A stretch of 64,000 nucleotides of DNA from positions 186,001 through 250,000 of the forward strand of contig JAUFOR010000005.1 of the NCBI GenBank assembly GCA_040285745.1. Direction: 5' to 3'. This DNA comes from Barthelona sp. PCE. Its lineage: Eukaryota. Below the pieces are notes generated by a model. It ran no database searches, was not told where the DNA came from, and saw only the letters and a list, made by a program, of their open reading frames with translations. The translations under genes and the position numbers were made by a program. Below, piece by piece: positions 11,093 through 20,751 of the stretch (position 1 is the first letter of the stretch; each line of letters starts with the position of its first letter).

Positions 11093-11824
11093 TTAATCCA
11101 CTTTTTTTTGCTTGAGCACTATCTCAACATAATCCAATACTGTTTTTTCATGTAAAAACACAAGCAAAGGTTGTTGCAATTCTTGATATGTTATTGAGGA
11201 AATGCTTTCTCTGCATTTATAAAAAAATTCATATTTCTCATTATTTAACGTGTATTTATCTGTAAATATCAACTGTAAGTTAGGTGGTAATCTCTTCAAC
11301 GCTAAATTATAAATTTCAAGAAGACTTAAATCTAAATCAGAATAATTATAAGCAATTAAAGACGCTTCTGGGAAATCTGTATGAAATTCACAACGAAGAT
11401 ATGCCTTCCCACGCTTGAACCTAGAAGTATTAGTTGTTGTTCTGGTCATCCCAACTGGTGAATATTCCATCACACAATTATGCTCCTTCATGTATCTTTG
11501 GATCTTCATCAAGTGAGAAGGGTGTCTTCCGTTGAGCTGTAAAACCGGATTATTACGATAAACTGACTCTAATTGTCTGTATGAATCCTCCAAAAATAAG
11601 AAATCTTCATGTAAACTCTCCCCATCATATTCCTTAGGCTTAATATATCGTTCAGGCCGCGTGGTTCCATCACAAGTTAACAATCTTTTGTGTTCATTGA
11701 AACAATCGATAGAACAATATTTTAGTTGACAACCAGGACAAGAATACTTTGCTTCCCCCTTAAAACATATCTCACATGTGATAACCACAGCTTGGGCTTT
11801 AATTGGTGGTTCCCCTATATCCAT
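11093..11824 (-). CDS. BCD1: Box C/D snoRNA protein 1 (zf-HIT), BCD1/ZNHIT6-like
   Basis: CEIC..KYSCPGC..YCSIDCFNEHK..CDG HIT finger followed by EDFLFLE and P.GMTR motifs. Confidence 0.8.
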   Translation of the reverse strand: MDIGEPPIKAQAVVITCEICFKGEAKYSCPGCQLKYCSIDCFNEHKRLLTCDGTTRPERYIKPKEYDGESLHEDFLFLEDSYRQLESVYRNNPVLQLNGRHPSHLMKIQRYMKEHNCVMEYSPVGMTRTTTNTSRFKRGKAYLRCEFHTDFPEASLIAYNYSDLDLSLLEIYNLALKRLPPNLQLIFTDKYTLNNEKYEFFYKCRESISSITYQELQQPLLVFLHEKTVLDYVEIVLKQKKVD

Positions 11825-11866
11825 TAAAGTGACATTAACTTTTTACAAGCATTATTAACAAATTAT

Positions 11867-14005
11867 CTACTCATCTTTTCTAAAATGAGCCATAAATTCC
11901 TTCTTAGGGAGTGGGACCTTTGTGATATGACCTTCATCAGCATAAATAAATGAATCTTCAGAAACAATTACAGAAGCAGTAATACATGAAGCTTCAGTAT
12001 CATAATGAGCAATGATATCAAAACCATTAACATTACGACAAATACAACGACCATCATTTGATGATGTAATTAAATACTCATTATTAACACTGATATCAGT
12101 GATTAAACTTTCATGACCTTCAAGTACATGCATTGGACGTTTATCCCCAATCTTCCAAACACGAACAATATTATCCCAAGCACCTGTGTAGAGATAATTA
12201 CGATCAAAAGCAATAGCAGAAATTGTTGAACCATGAGCTCTTGGAATTTCAATCAATTTCTTCAATTTCAAATTAGAATTGACTTCATAAAGAACAATCT
12301 TATGATCAGATCCTCCTGTAGCAACGAATTGACCATCTGCAGAGAAACAAACACAAGTAATAATACCTTGATGATGTCTGAACGTTTGAATAGGACGAAT
12401 CATTTCGTGAGTCTTACTAATGGAAGGAATACGATACACGTTCATAGAAAAATCTTTTGATCCAGAAACAATGAGAGGAATTTGTTCTGAAGGACTAATA
12501 TCCATACTTATAATATTATTACGATGACCAGTGAATGTGAAAATCTTTTGGAAAGGTGAAATTTGGAATTGTGGGATCTCAACAACAGAGTAACCAAATG
12601 AATTATAATCAGTACCGCCACAGACAAGCAAGCTGTAAGGGGAGCTGAAGGACATTGTTGCAATTGAAGCATCATGTTGAATTTTTCCATAACGATGTAA
12701 TGTTTCGTGATGGAATATGTTAACTAGACCATCGACACCAGAAGAAGCTACGACACCGTCATTCAACACTGTTAGGTCAGAGACCGCCTCAGCGTGACCA
12801 GCATACTCCGCTAATAACTTAAACTGTTGGAAATTTGAGAAATCCCAGATACGCAAAACGTGCTGCGAATCAGTCGTTAACAACAATGGAGCTGAGGGGG
12901 AGATGCATGCCTGTTGGACATCAATCTCATGAAGTTGATGAGAAATTATCATTGAATCAACGTTCTGCTTTTCGTTAATATCCAAAATTGTTTCACCCAG
13001 AATAGCTTGCAGTGAACTCTCATTGATCTTAACGACTGGGAGTTCACCGAGCTCCCATGCTTTGAATAATCCATCTGTGCCAGCTGTTAATAATAACTGA
13101 TCACTGTTAATTAATTCAATATAAGAAATATCACCGTGATGGTTCAACCCAGGCAAATGGCTGGCGAGAGTGCGCAGTTCGTTTTGTCCATGGACATCCC
13201 AGAATTTAACTTGATTGTCACGTGCTCCTGAAAGCAAATGAGTACCAGAAGAAGTAAAGCGTAATCTTGTAACATCGCCACGATGTCCCTCCAGCAAAGC
13301 TAAGGTTTTGATGTTAATGATGGTACCGTCACGACGGTTAGGGTCAACCTCTCCAATATCCCAAATTCGAATTGCAGAATCACGGCCAGCACTTGCCATG
13401 ATTGGGGTTGGTGAAGAAGGGACACAAATAGTGAGGACATCTCCTTTGTGACCTGTGAGGTTGTGGAGGAACTTCAATTGACCGTTTGAACTATCAAATG
13501 CCCAGAACTTAAGCATATTATCTTTAGAACCCGTAACTAAAACGGTGTCATTAAAAGCCCAACAAGAGCAGAAAACATCGCTTGCATGGTGATCTGAAGT
13601 GCGTTCACTGTTAACTTCAATGTTACAAACACTCTTCATCTCTTCAATATCCCAAACAATAATTCCATCACCAGCACAAGAGACCATGTATTTGTTCTCC
13701 TTGTGAGGGTTCAGGTGGTGCACTTTGTCCTGATGGCCGAACAGAGATCCTGTTAATGCAAAGGATTGTCCAGTAACGGTGAAGCAGTTGATTGCATGGG
13801 AGCCGGAGGCGTAAAAGAAGCGGTCACCCTTGACGCTAAAGACAACGGGGGAGTTATCCTGCACGCCAATAAAGCCGTTAGGCTTTGTGCAATGCAGAAC
13901 GCTATCAAACACAGCGCTTCCATCGACCGGCTTACCATTAGTGGTATTAGCGCCGAAACCAGGAACATCACTGTGTAGTAAAGGTGTAGTCATCTCAATG
14001 GACAT
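11867..14005 (-). CDS. WD40-repeat protein (probably two propellers)
   Basis: Numerous GH...WD repeats (SAGRDSAIRIWD, SGARDNQVKFWD, TGAWDNIVRVWK). Confidence 0.9.
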   Translation of the reverse strand: MSIEMTTPLLHSDVPGFGANTTNGKPVDGSAVFDSVLHCTKPNGFIGVQDNSPVVFSVKGDRFFYASGSHAINCFTVTGQSFALTGSLFGHQDKVHHLNPHKENKYMVSCAGDGIIVWDIEEMKSVCNIEVNSERTSDHHASDVFCSCWAFNDTVLVTGSKDNMLKFWAFDSSNGQLKFLHNLTGHKGDVLTICVPSSPTPIMASAGRDSAIRIWDIGEVDPNRRDGTIINIKTLALLEGHRGDVTRLRFTSSGTHLLSGARDNQVKFWDVHGQNELRTLASHLPGLNHHGDISYIELINSDQLLLTAGTDGLFKAWELGELPVVKINESSLQAILGETILDINEKQNVDSMIISHQLHEIDVQQACISPSAPLLLTTDSQHVLRIWDFSNFQQFKLLAEYAGHAEAVSDLTVLNDGVVASSGVDGLVNIFHHETLHRYGKIQHDASIATMSFSSPYSLLVCGGTDYNSFGYSVVEIPQFQISPFQKIFTFTGHRNNIISMDISPSEQIPLIVSGSKDFSMNVYRIPSISKTHEMIRPIQTFRHHQGIITCVCFSADGQFVATGGSDHKIVLYEVNSNLKLKKLIEIPRAHGSTISAIAFDRNYLYTGAWDNIVRVWKIGDKRPMHVLEGHESLITDISVNNEYLITSSNDGRCICRNVNGFDIIAHYDTEASCITASVIVSEDSFIYADEGHITKVPLPKKEFMAHFRKDE

Positions 14006-14249
14006 GTAATGGCTAAAAAAATAGAATTCAAGTTCACTGTGAAACTATCACAATATGGATCCTTGTTGTCAGGATGATGTCGTAAATCTGCGACGATACA
14101 ACTACGCGAAAGCATGGATTTACTTTTAAAGATATGCATTTCACTATTTCCCTTCCTTTTTTAAGAAAGACAAATATTTTCATGTTTTTAGGGCTATTTT
14201 GATTGTTATTGTCTCACTCCATAACATGAATTTATATTAACTTGATAAT

Positions 14250-14906
14250 TTACACGGTTAGAATGTATGAATAACTATCTAACCTACTAACTTGATGTGG
14301 TTCATCACATGCATATGGATCTGAAGGTTCCAAATCCACCTTCACAACATCAGTTTGTTGATTCACTTGATCCTGTAGTTCAAAAATTTGTCCTTGCATT
14401 GCTTTAAGAGTAGCATCATTCTTTGATTCTTTCTCTCCTTCATTCTTTAATTTCTCACTTTCATTTATGTACACTTCATCTTCTGTTGTATCCGGCTCAT
14501 AATCAGAAGGTGGGTTGAATCTGTATGTTTTCTCCATCGAAACAATATATTCTGAAGAAGAAGAATTAAGCAGTGTATAGTACCATGAGTGATACGGTGA
14601 AAAGAGGATAAAAAAGTAGTAAAATATGGGGTTGAACCATAAAATCATTTTGTCAGTAAAGATAACTGCAGTATCACTTAGATTAGGATCTTTAATTCGC
14701 TGGCTTATTGTAAAAATGGAAGCATCTTGTAAGTTCTTTTTTAATTCATAAATATGCTCCCATGTATAATCATCAGCAGCCTCACATACAGATGATGGTT
14801 GAACAAGACAGATTGGAGCTGTTTTTGGCATATCAAACTCTGTATCATCAAAAAATTCAGTTCTTGTTTTCCTATTTCTATTCCATATCCGTGGTTGTAG
14901 CCTCAT
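14250..14906 (-). CDS. Hypothetical protein, possibly a chimeric fragment
   Basis: 218-aa ORF with an acidic/coiled-coil C-half; overlaps head-to-head with the + frame starting at 14901. Confidence 0.4.
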   Translation of the reverse strand: MRLQPRIWNRNRKTRTEFFDDTEFDMPKTAPICLVQPSSVCEAADDYTWEHIYELKKNLQDASIFTISQRIKDPNLSDTAVIFTDKMILWFNPIFYYFFILFSPYHSWYYTLLNSSSSEYIVSMEKTYRFNPPSDYEPDTTEDEVYINESEKLKNEGEKESKNDATLKAMQGQIFELQDQVNQQTDVVKVDLEPSDPYACDEPHQVSRLDSYSYILTV

Positions 14907-16880
14907 CTCAAAATAGTACGAGTATTTAAAAGCAAAGAAGGGCTTGCTTACATTGCACGCTTCAATAATGAAACAGTTACTGTAGAGAACATTGTTCTTT
15001 CATCGGAACCGTACAGATGCACATTCTGGGAGGCAAGAGACGGTGGCACGGTGGCCACAGTGCATACCACCTGTATCAAAGTGTTTTCAATTCCATCATT
15101 GGAGGAGATTTTCAGTATTCCTACTTGTGAAAAGGTAACTGTAGGGTGTCTCAGCTTTGATGGCCAATTTCTAGCATTTTGCGATGATAATGAGTATCAC
15201 ACACATGATGTTTACGCACAGACCTCAGTATCTTGCATTGGTTTTGCTGATGGAAATCAATGCTGGGTCAATTCGGAATTTCTTTTCGTACGTGTGGGAA
15301 CCGATCATATACATAAGTTTTGCCACGATACAAGCAAGAAAGCAAGGGTAATCAGTGCTTTCACAGTGTTGGAAGAGGAAACAGGTGAATTGAGGTTAGT
15401 ACAGAAGGTTGTAGATGAAAATTCTAATTTCTTTGATGATGTACTTAAAGTCAAGGATGATGAAGGGAATGTGTTAAAAACGTATGTTGAAATTTTTGGT
15501 TCATTGAAAGGAGGTGTAATTTCAAAAAATTATATTCTAGTTTATGATACTTTTTCTCATTGCATTAAATTTTTGAATATGACAACTGGAACGGTTCGAA
15601 CTCATAATTATGGATTAAAGGAAAGTTTTGAGTCTGTTTATATTTCCCCGGATGAAGAATTCTTTATTGCTGTTTTTCCATCTGGTTTAGCAGATATTTT
15701 CAGTGTAAGAGAGTGGTTGCGTGTTGCAACAGTTCCATCGTGGTGTGTAGGACACGTTGTAACTTATGAAGTTGTTTTTAAGGATTTAATAGTATGCAAA
15801 ACTCCTTTTGAAAGTTTATTTTGGTATATTAATTCAGCTCATCCATTTGAGCCAAATTACATCCTTAAATCAGTTCCAGGTGGATATTTGCAGTTTTTTT
15901 CATCGAGAATAGTTTACATGACAAAGAATAAGTGTTTCTACAAGAATCATGAAGTGCATAACAGGATGATTGTGAAGATCATTGAAGACGATGACTCAGT
16001 GCTGCATGTTAAGTTCGATGATGGCACAGTTATGTTTGTTGAGTGGAGCCAAGACAGTGGTTTTGGACGTATCTTGAAGTGCAAGGATGATAGAAGTAAT
16101 AGAAATGTAATAGATTCTGAATTAGAAATACTTGAACTGAGATCGGAGATGGAAGTTCAAAAATCGGAGATGGAAGCAAAGTTCCAAGTCACTTTTGATG
16201 CGCTCAGTCAGCTGCTCCCCAACTCGGGCAGCCACGAGTTCAGCGAGCTGACGCAACACGTCGACAGTTGTGCAGCCGCTATCCGTGAGCTCAAAATGCC
16301 ACCTGACTCTTTGTTTGAGTGGCTGTCTTCCAACCCCAGCATTAGAACTTTCGAACAGAACAGGTGCATGTTAGAGACGGCCATCAGCTACGTGTACAAC
16401 ATGAACAACATCATTTTTTCGTTTCACCTAGAAGGCTCTTTGTCCAACACGTTTTTCTCCCGGTTTTCGGATTTAGCAGCACAGTTCCCCATTGCGAAGG
16501 TGCTGAAAGAGAAGCCATATGCGCTTAAGTTGGACGAACTGAAGTGCTTAGACGTTTACTTTAATGCTTATGATCAGTGTGTTGGGCTCAAGCTGAATGA
16601 GGTGCTCTCTGCGCTCATTAGCTTCACTGACAAGAGCAAGGCTCTAGACAGCACTGTCAACCAGGTGAATGGGGTCATAAAAAGCGCGTATGAAACCATA
16701 GAAGCACAGAATGGTGATAATTCCTCTATTGATCCGCTCCATTCGCTTCGAGAGCAGCTGGAGCGCCATCGCTCGGACATCAACGCATGCGCATGTTCCC
16801 TTTTCACGGGTGCTAAAACCCATCTGCTGAACGCGGTTGAGTCAAAAGACAGGCAACTGAAGGATGCATTTGCGAGTTGA
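14901..16880 (+). pseudogene. Chimeric ORF lacking a start ATG: propeller-like N-part fused to a GC-richer helical domain
   Basis: Frame open from 14901 (PHLKIVRVF...) directly after TAG; visible GC shift near 16190; stop overlaps the kinase frame. Confidence 0.5.
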
Positions 16881-17707
16881 CAATTGCAGTGAATCTTGAC
16901 AGCACGCTGGAGGAGCTGCAGCTCTCGACCATGACGTTCCCCAACACCCCCAAGATAGCAGCTGCCTATGACGTATACTTAGATGGCAAGCTCAAGGAAG
17001 TCGGATTGCAAAACGGCGCGTTGGCGAGGGACAATTTGTACATTAAGTGTATTTGCGTCTCTAAAGAGGTCAGTGATTTGGACGTTAAGCTTGACGCGTT
17101 ACGAAGGGAACTGCATGTTCTGACAAAGCGTCTCCCGTACACCGCTACGCTCAAAAACGTGGTGCTCGTCCCTGAAATGCACCAAGGCAACGTTTTGTTG
17201 AGATTCGTATGTCTGGAGCTCAAGCGGGCGCAGTACAACCTTGAGCAGTATATAAATTCCGTGACTGATCTACAGTTAGAGACGAGGAACCGTATGGCAC
17301 ACCAGCTTGTAATGGGAGTGTTCACAATGCACACCAACAACATCATCCTGCGTGACATAAACCCCCGGAATATTCTTGTTTTCGAGAGTGACGGAAATCC
17401 AGTTCTCAAGCTGTGCGGCTTCAACGTCAGTGCCGACAGCTCGCAGGTCCATACGTCAGTGGTAGGAACGGACGGCTACAGGTCGGGTGAGGTTGCTGAG
17501 GGACAAGAGCACACCTTCTCGAGCGATGTTTTTTCGTTGGGAAGAACTGTTGCGTTCATTTACGCCCTGGACAGAACAGACATTTCAAATCTCGATGTGC
17601 TTATGGATGGCGCGCCCTCTGCAATTATCAAGCGCTGCCAGGCACACGACGCCCATCTAAGGCCGTCAGTGTACGAGCTTATATCCCACAAGTGGTGCGC
17701 GGTGTAG
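16877..17707 (+). CDS. Protein kinase-like domain, predicted pseudokinase
   Basis: Y-IK, LRRE, ILRDINPRNILV, KLCGFN (DFG replaced), GTDGYRSGE, SDVFSLG, RPS; out of frame with the upstream ORF, first ATG at 16931. Confidence 0.75.
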   Translation: MTIAVNLDSTLEELQLSTMTFPNTPKIAAAYDVYLDGKLKEVGLQNGALARDNLYIKCICVSKEVSDLDVKLDALRRELHVLTKRLPYTATLKNVVLVPEMHQGNVLLRFVCLELKRAQYNLEQYINSVTDLQLETRNRMAHQLVMGVFTMHTNNIILRDINPRNILVFESDGNPVLKLCGFNVSADSSQVHTSVVGTDGYRSGEVAEGQEHTFSSDVFSLGRTVAFIYALDRTDISNLDVLMDGAPSAIIKRCQAHDAHLRPSVYELISHKWCAV

Positions 17708-18096
17708 TAATCATGTAAATAATATTCCACATTTCTGAAAATTTTTCCTGCAAACTTGATTATATACGGAAGAGTCGTATGCTCTCCAGAGTCCATATTG
17801 TAAAGGCCGATAATAGACTCATTCAGATGCAGGTGCTTAGTGACGATCACCCAGTTGTGGCACGACATCAATACCTTTTCAGGATTTGCTTCGTTGATGA
17901 GTGATGACACGTCGTTGTTGAGCTATATGTCGATGAACGTGCCCCCTGTGCTCGAGTGCAGGGTAACTCTCCACGCACCTCCGTCAGACGGGGAGAGCAA
18001 GATATGAACGTGCTTGAACGTGCTTTTTGAAGCGTAATTGGGCGCTTCCCGGGCTATATCCGCGATGTTTCGTGCTTTCGATGCATTTCTGCTCAT
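17708..18096 (-). pseudogene. Pseudogene paralogue of the 808-2436 gene
   Basis: ATG at 18096 reads ...PNYASKSTFKHVHILLS (cf. PDYSSKSTFDGTEITLS); in-frame TAG at 17923-17925; then CHNWVIVTKHLHLNESIIGLYNMDSGEHTT (cf. CPYKWIILLEHQHQLDKNSIGVFNLETKEHKT). Confidence 0.75.
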
Positions 18097-18160
18097 AAAT
18101 TTCGAGCTGAAAGAAGTTATGAAAATTGTTCATTGTTTCCAGTATTCTCACCACATCCAC

Positions 18161-20314
18161 ATGCCTAGGGTTCGTAAATTCGAGGAAGACCTTGTCATGC
18201 AGGCTTATCCTGAGGGGCAGATGATATTTGAGGGAAAGGGCGTAGTATTGCTTCAATCAAGAGAAATCACCGAAATCAGCCTCATTGAAAGCGCCATTGA
18301 AGGCAAGGACTTTGCTGGGTATTTAGAGGATACGGGTGAGCCTCTTAAGTACACATCCAAATTAAAAGCTGGAGAATCTTACATGATCATCAAACAGCTT
18401 TTTGATGATAATGGTATTTTAACCCATATTGATATCTTATTATTTAGTGATATCATGAGCGATGAGCATACAAGAAGGAGAATACCCTTCCCGTTTGACA
18501 ACATTGGAAGGCTTCATATTAGCAGAATAATTCCGATGGATGAAAACCACCTACTATTCAGCATTAGTGATACCGTTAATAACAGGCAAGTGATACAGTG
18601 CTACATAATGAGTGTGTCATCGAAGGAGTATAGATGTCTTGGAGAGTATGCAGTTCATTCAAACATCAATTCAAACATCAATTCGAACTACATTTTGTTA
18701 AGGAAATGCCAAGATTATACCATATGGCATTACAATTTTTCTGTTGATGACATGGACGAGGCACATGAACCTGATATCGAGCGGTTAGATGGTGTTCATT
18801 TAGAACACTTCAGATGTCTAAACTCAGATTGCATTTTCTCAGTCAGGTTTCGTGATAAAGAAATTGTTGAACTAATAATATTTGACTGTCAAAGGAACCA
18901 AGTTAACTTGACAGAAAGGTTTCCGCAGCTTAAAGGATTGTTTATTGGTAGAGACTCGAATTTTGGATTATTTGAGCTCACTCAAGATGTGTTGTCAATG
19001 GTATTCATTGGATCAGGTATCAAGGTGATTCTTATCGAAAACGGTGAATTGAAGATGTCAGAGGGTGAAATGAATTTTAAGAATGTACTTTGCAATGGCT
19101 GGAAGCATATAGATTTGAACGATAATTACTTTCGTGATGAAGATTGTGTTTTTTATGGTGTTGATGAAATAACAGGACGTTATGGCCCAATCAAATTTAG
19201 AGAGGCTAGTAAGGAGGTGTTTCGTTTGAACAGTCTTCACCCAAAGAAAATGTTTTTTGATGGAATAGCAGAAGTGTATGATAATAACGCTTCGATAAGA
19301 TGTTACTTTTTTTTCAAAGAAAGGAAGCTTATTGTGCTGCGTGAGCGTATGAAACCGTTTTCACGTATGAGGTACAAGATCTTATCAGTTCAACCAAATG
19401 AAGGAGATGATTTTTTTGTAATGGCAAAGGAGCATAATGAAAAAGATGAGTTTTGTGTCAAAATTCACTTGCACGAATCAAAATCCAAGCCTGTGATAAC
19501 CATTTTGCCTCATTGTGGTTCAGAAAACCGTGGTTTCATTCAAGGGCTACCATTAAATGTTGACTATCGTGACGATGACACAGTCTTGGTGTATTTGGGA
19601 GAAAAGATGATTTTGGAATTTCCCCCGAATATTTACGTTCGAAGTGTTCATGGTTCACATTTTGATAATTCAGCTTGCATTGTATGTAATGAAGCAATCC
19701 ATTTTTTTCGGTTCAATGTCAACGGTTATGATGTAGAGGTTCAAAATCACATTGTTTTTTTTGAACCTGTGGATGATGTTTACTTTAACCTTCTTCCATT
19801 GACTGAAACACCTAATCATCAGCTGTTTATTGTACATACACGCAGTAGGGTTACAATAACGCAACATTTACACTGTTTAGATTGGTCAACAGGAAGCTTC
19901 TTAGAGCCTGTTCTCCTTTGGAAGAAATCATATGTAACATATTACAGTGTATCGGAAGAAGGCAATAAGTTCCTTAATTTCGTGGGAGATTCATACATAC
20001 ACGTAAGGGGCGGTATAATTAAAGTATACGTTGAAGATGGTGTAATTAAGCAGAGTTTTTTTAAAAACGACAATTTACCACATTATCCTGATATGTATAT
20101 AAACCATGTTCAAAATCTGCCTAATAACACTGTTCAAGATATGTCTTACGAAGAGGAGACCAAGATAATGGTGTTGAAAACTTACAATATTGAGGAAGAC
20201 CCGGAATCAACTAATCCCACAGTGGAAACGTTCCACCTTCCATCGTTCCTGGCCGAGGCGTCCATAGTTGAGTACCACATGCCCGATTATCATGAGCATT
20301 ATCATAAAGAATAG
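18161..20314 (+). CDS. MP[RK]-family hypothetical protein; close paralogue of 59804-61927
   Basis: ATG at 18161 (MPRVRKFEED); aligns end to end with MSRVRNFEED...ETFHLPSFLAEASIVEYHMPDYH. Confidence 0.8.
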   Translation: MPRVRKFEEDLVMQAYPEGQMIFEGKGVVLLQSREITEISLIESAIEGKDFAGYLEDTGEPLKYTSKLKAGESYMIIKQLFDDNGILTHIDILLFSDIMSDEHTRRRIPFPFDNIGRLHISRIIPMDENHLLFSISDTVNNRQVIQCYIMSVSSKEYRCLGEYAVHSNINSNINSNYILLRKCQDYTIWHYNFSVDDMDEAHEPDIERLDGVHLEHFRCLNSDCIFSVRFRDKEIVELIIFDCQRNQVNLTERFPQLKGLFIGRDSNFGLFELTQDVLSMVFIGSGIKVILIENGELKMSEGEMNFKNVLCNGWKHIDLNDNYFRDEDCVFYGVDEITGRYGPIKFREASKEVFRLNSLHPKKMFFDGIAEVYDNNASIRCYFFFKERKLIVLRERMKPFSRMRYKILSVQPNEGDDFFVMAKEHNEKDEFCVKIHLHESKSKPVITILPHCGSENRGFIQGLPLNVDYRDDDTVLVYLGEKMILEFPPNIYVRSVHGSHFDNSACIVCNEAIHFFRFNVNGYDVEVQNHIVFFEPVDDVYFNLLPLTETPNHQLFIVHTRSRVTITQHLHCLDWSTGSFLEPVLLWKKSYVTYYSVSEEGNKFLNFVGDSYIHVRGGIIKVYVEDGVIKQSFFKNDNLPHYPDMYINHVQNLPNNTVQDMSYEEETKIMVLKTYNIEEDPESTNPTVETFHLPSFLAEASIVEYHMPDYHEHYHKE

Positions 20315-20751
20315 TTTCCATGACTACATAGGTCTAGGAATACACATTTTCTCCTATTGTTCATTAGGAACTTTTTTTTACCAGATAAAGTGCTATGTTA
20401 GTGGTGCTTGGAGGTTTAAATGGACTTTTATGAATAATTTTCTTCCAGAGTCTTATCCTAAAGCAACTTAAATATTAACAAAAAATTTGAAGAATTAGTC
20501 AGGCACATCCAAATTGGTTCTGATAGTTGGGATAACTGTCCTCCAAACAACTACATACAATCATCTGTCCTTAATAAATGCAAAATATGCAAATATGGAA
20601 GTCAATACATACTATTTTTTTTCACACTACTATGTTATGAAAATAACCTCATCATTATCTCTCTACTTATGAATTTTTGTGCAGAATAATGTGTTAAAAC
20701 TGACTCTTAAAGGGGTTTGTAAAATGTTTTCCTTTTTTTTACTTAACTACC

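Noticed and set aside
16836-16876. 41-nt intron that would fuse the 14901 ORF to the kinase
   Set aside because: Frame-compatible GT..AG, but it has a GAG acceptor, lacks the fixed branch motif and is not AT-rich like the supported introns.
17923-17925. TAG reassignment / alternative genetic code
   Set aside because: Intact genes (SSU72, both M28 copies) end in TAG; this stop is in a deleted, truncated pseudogene.
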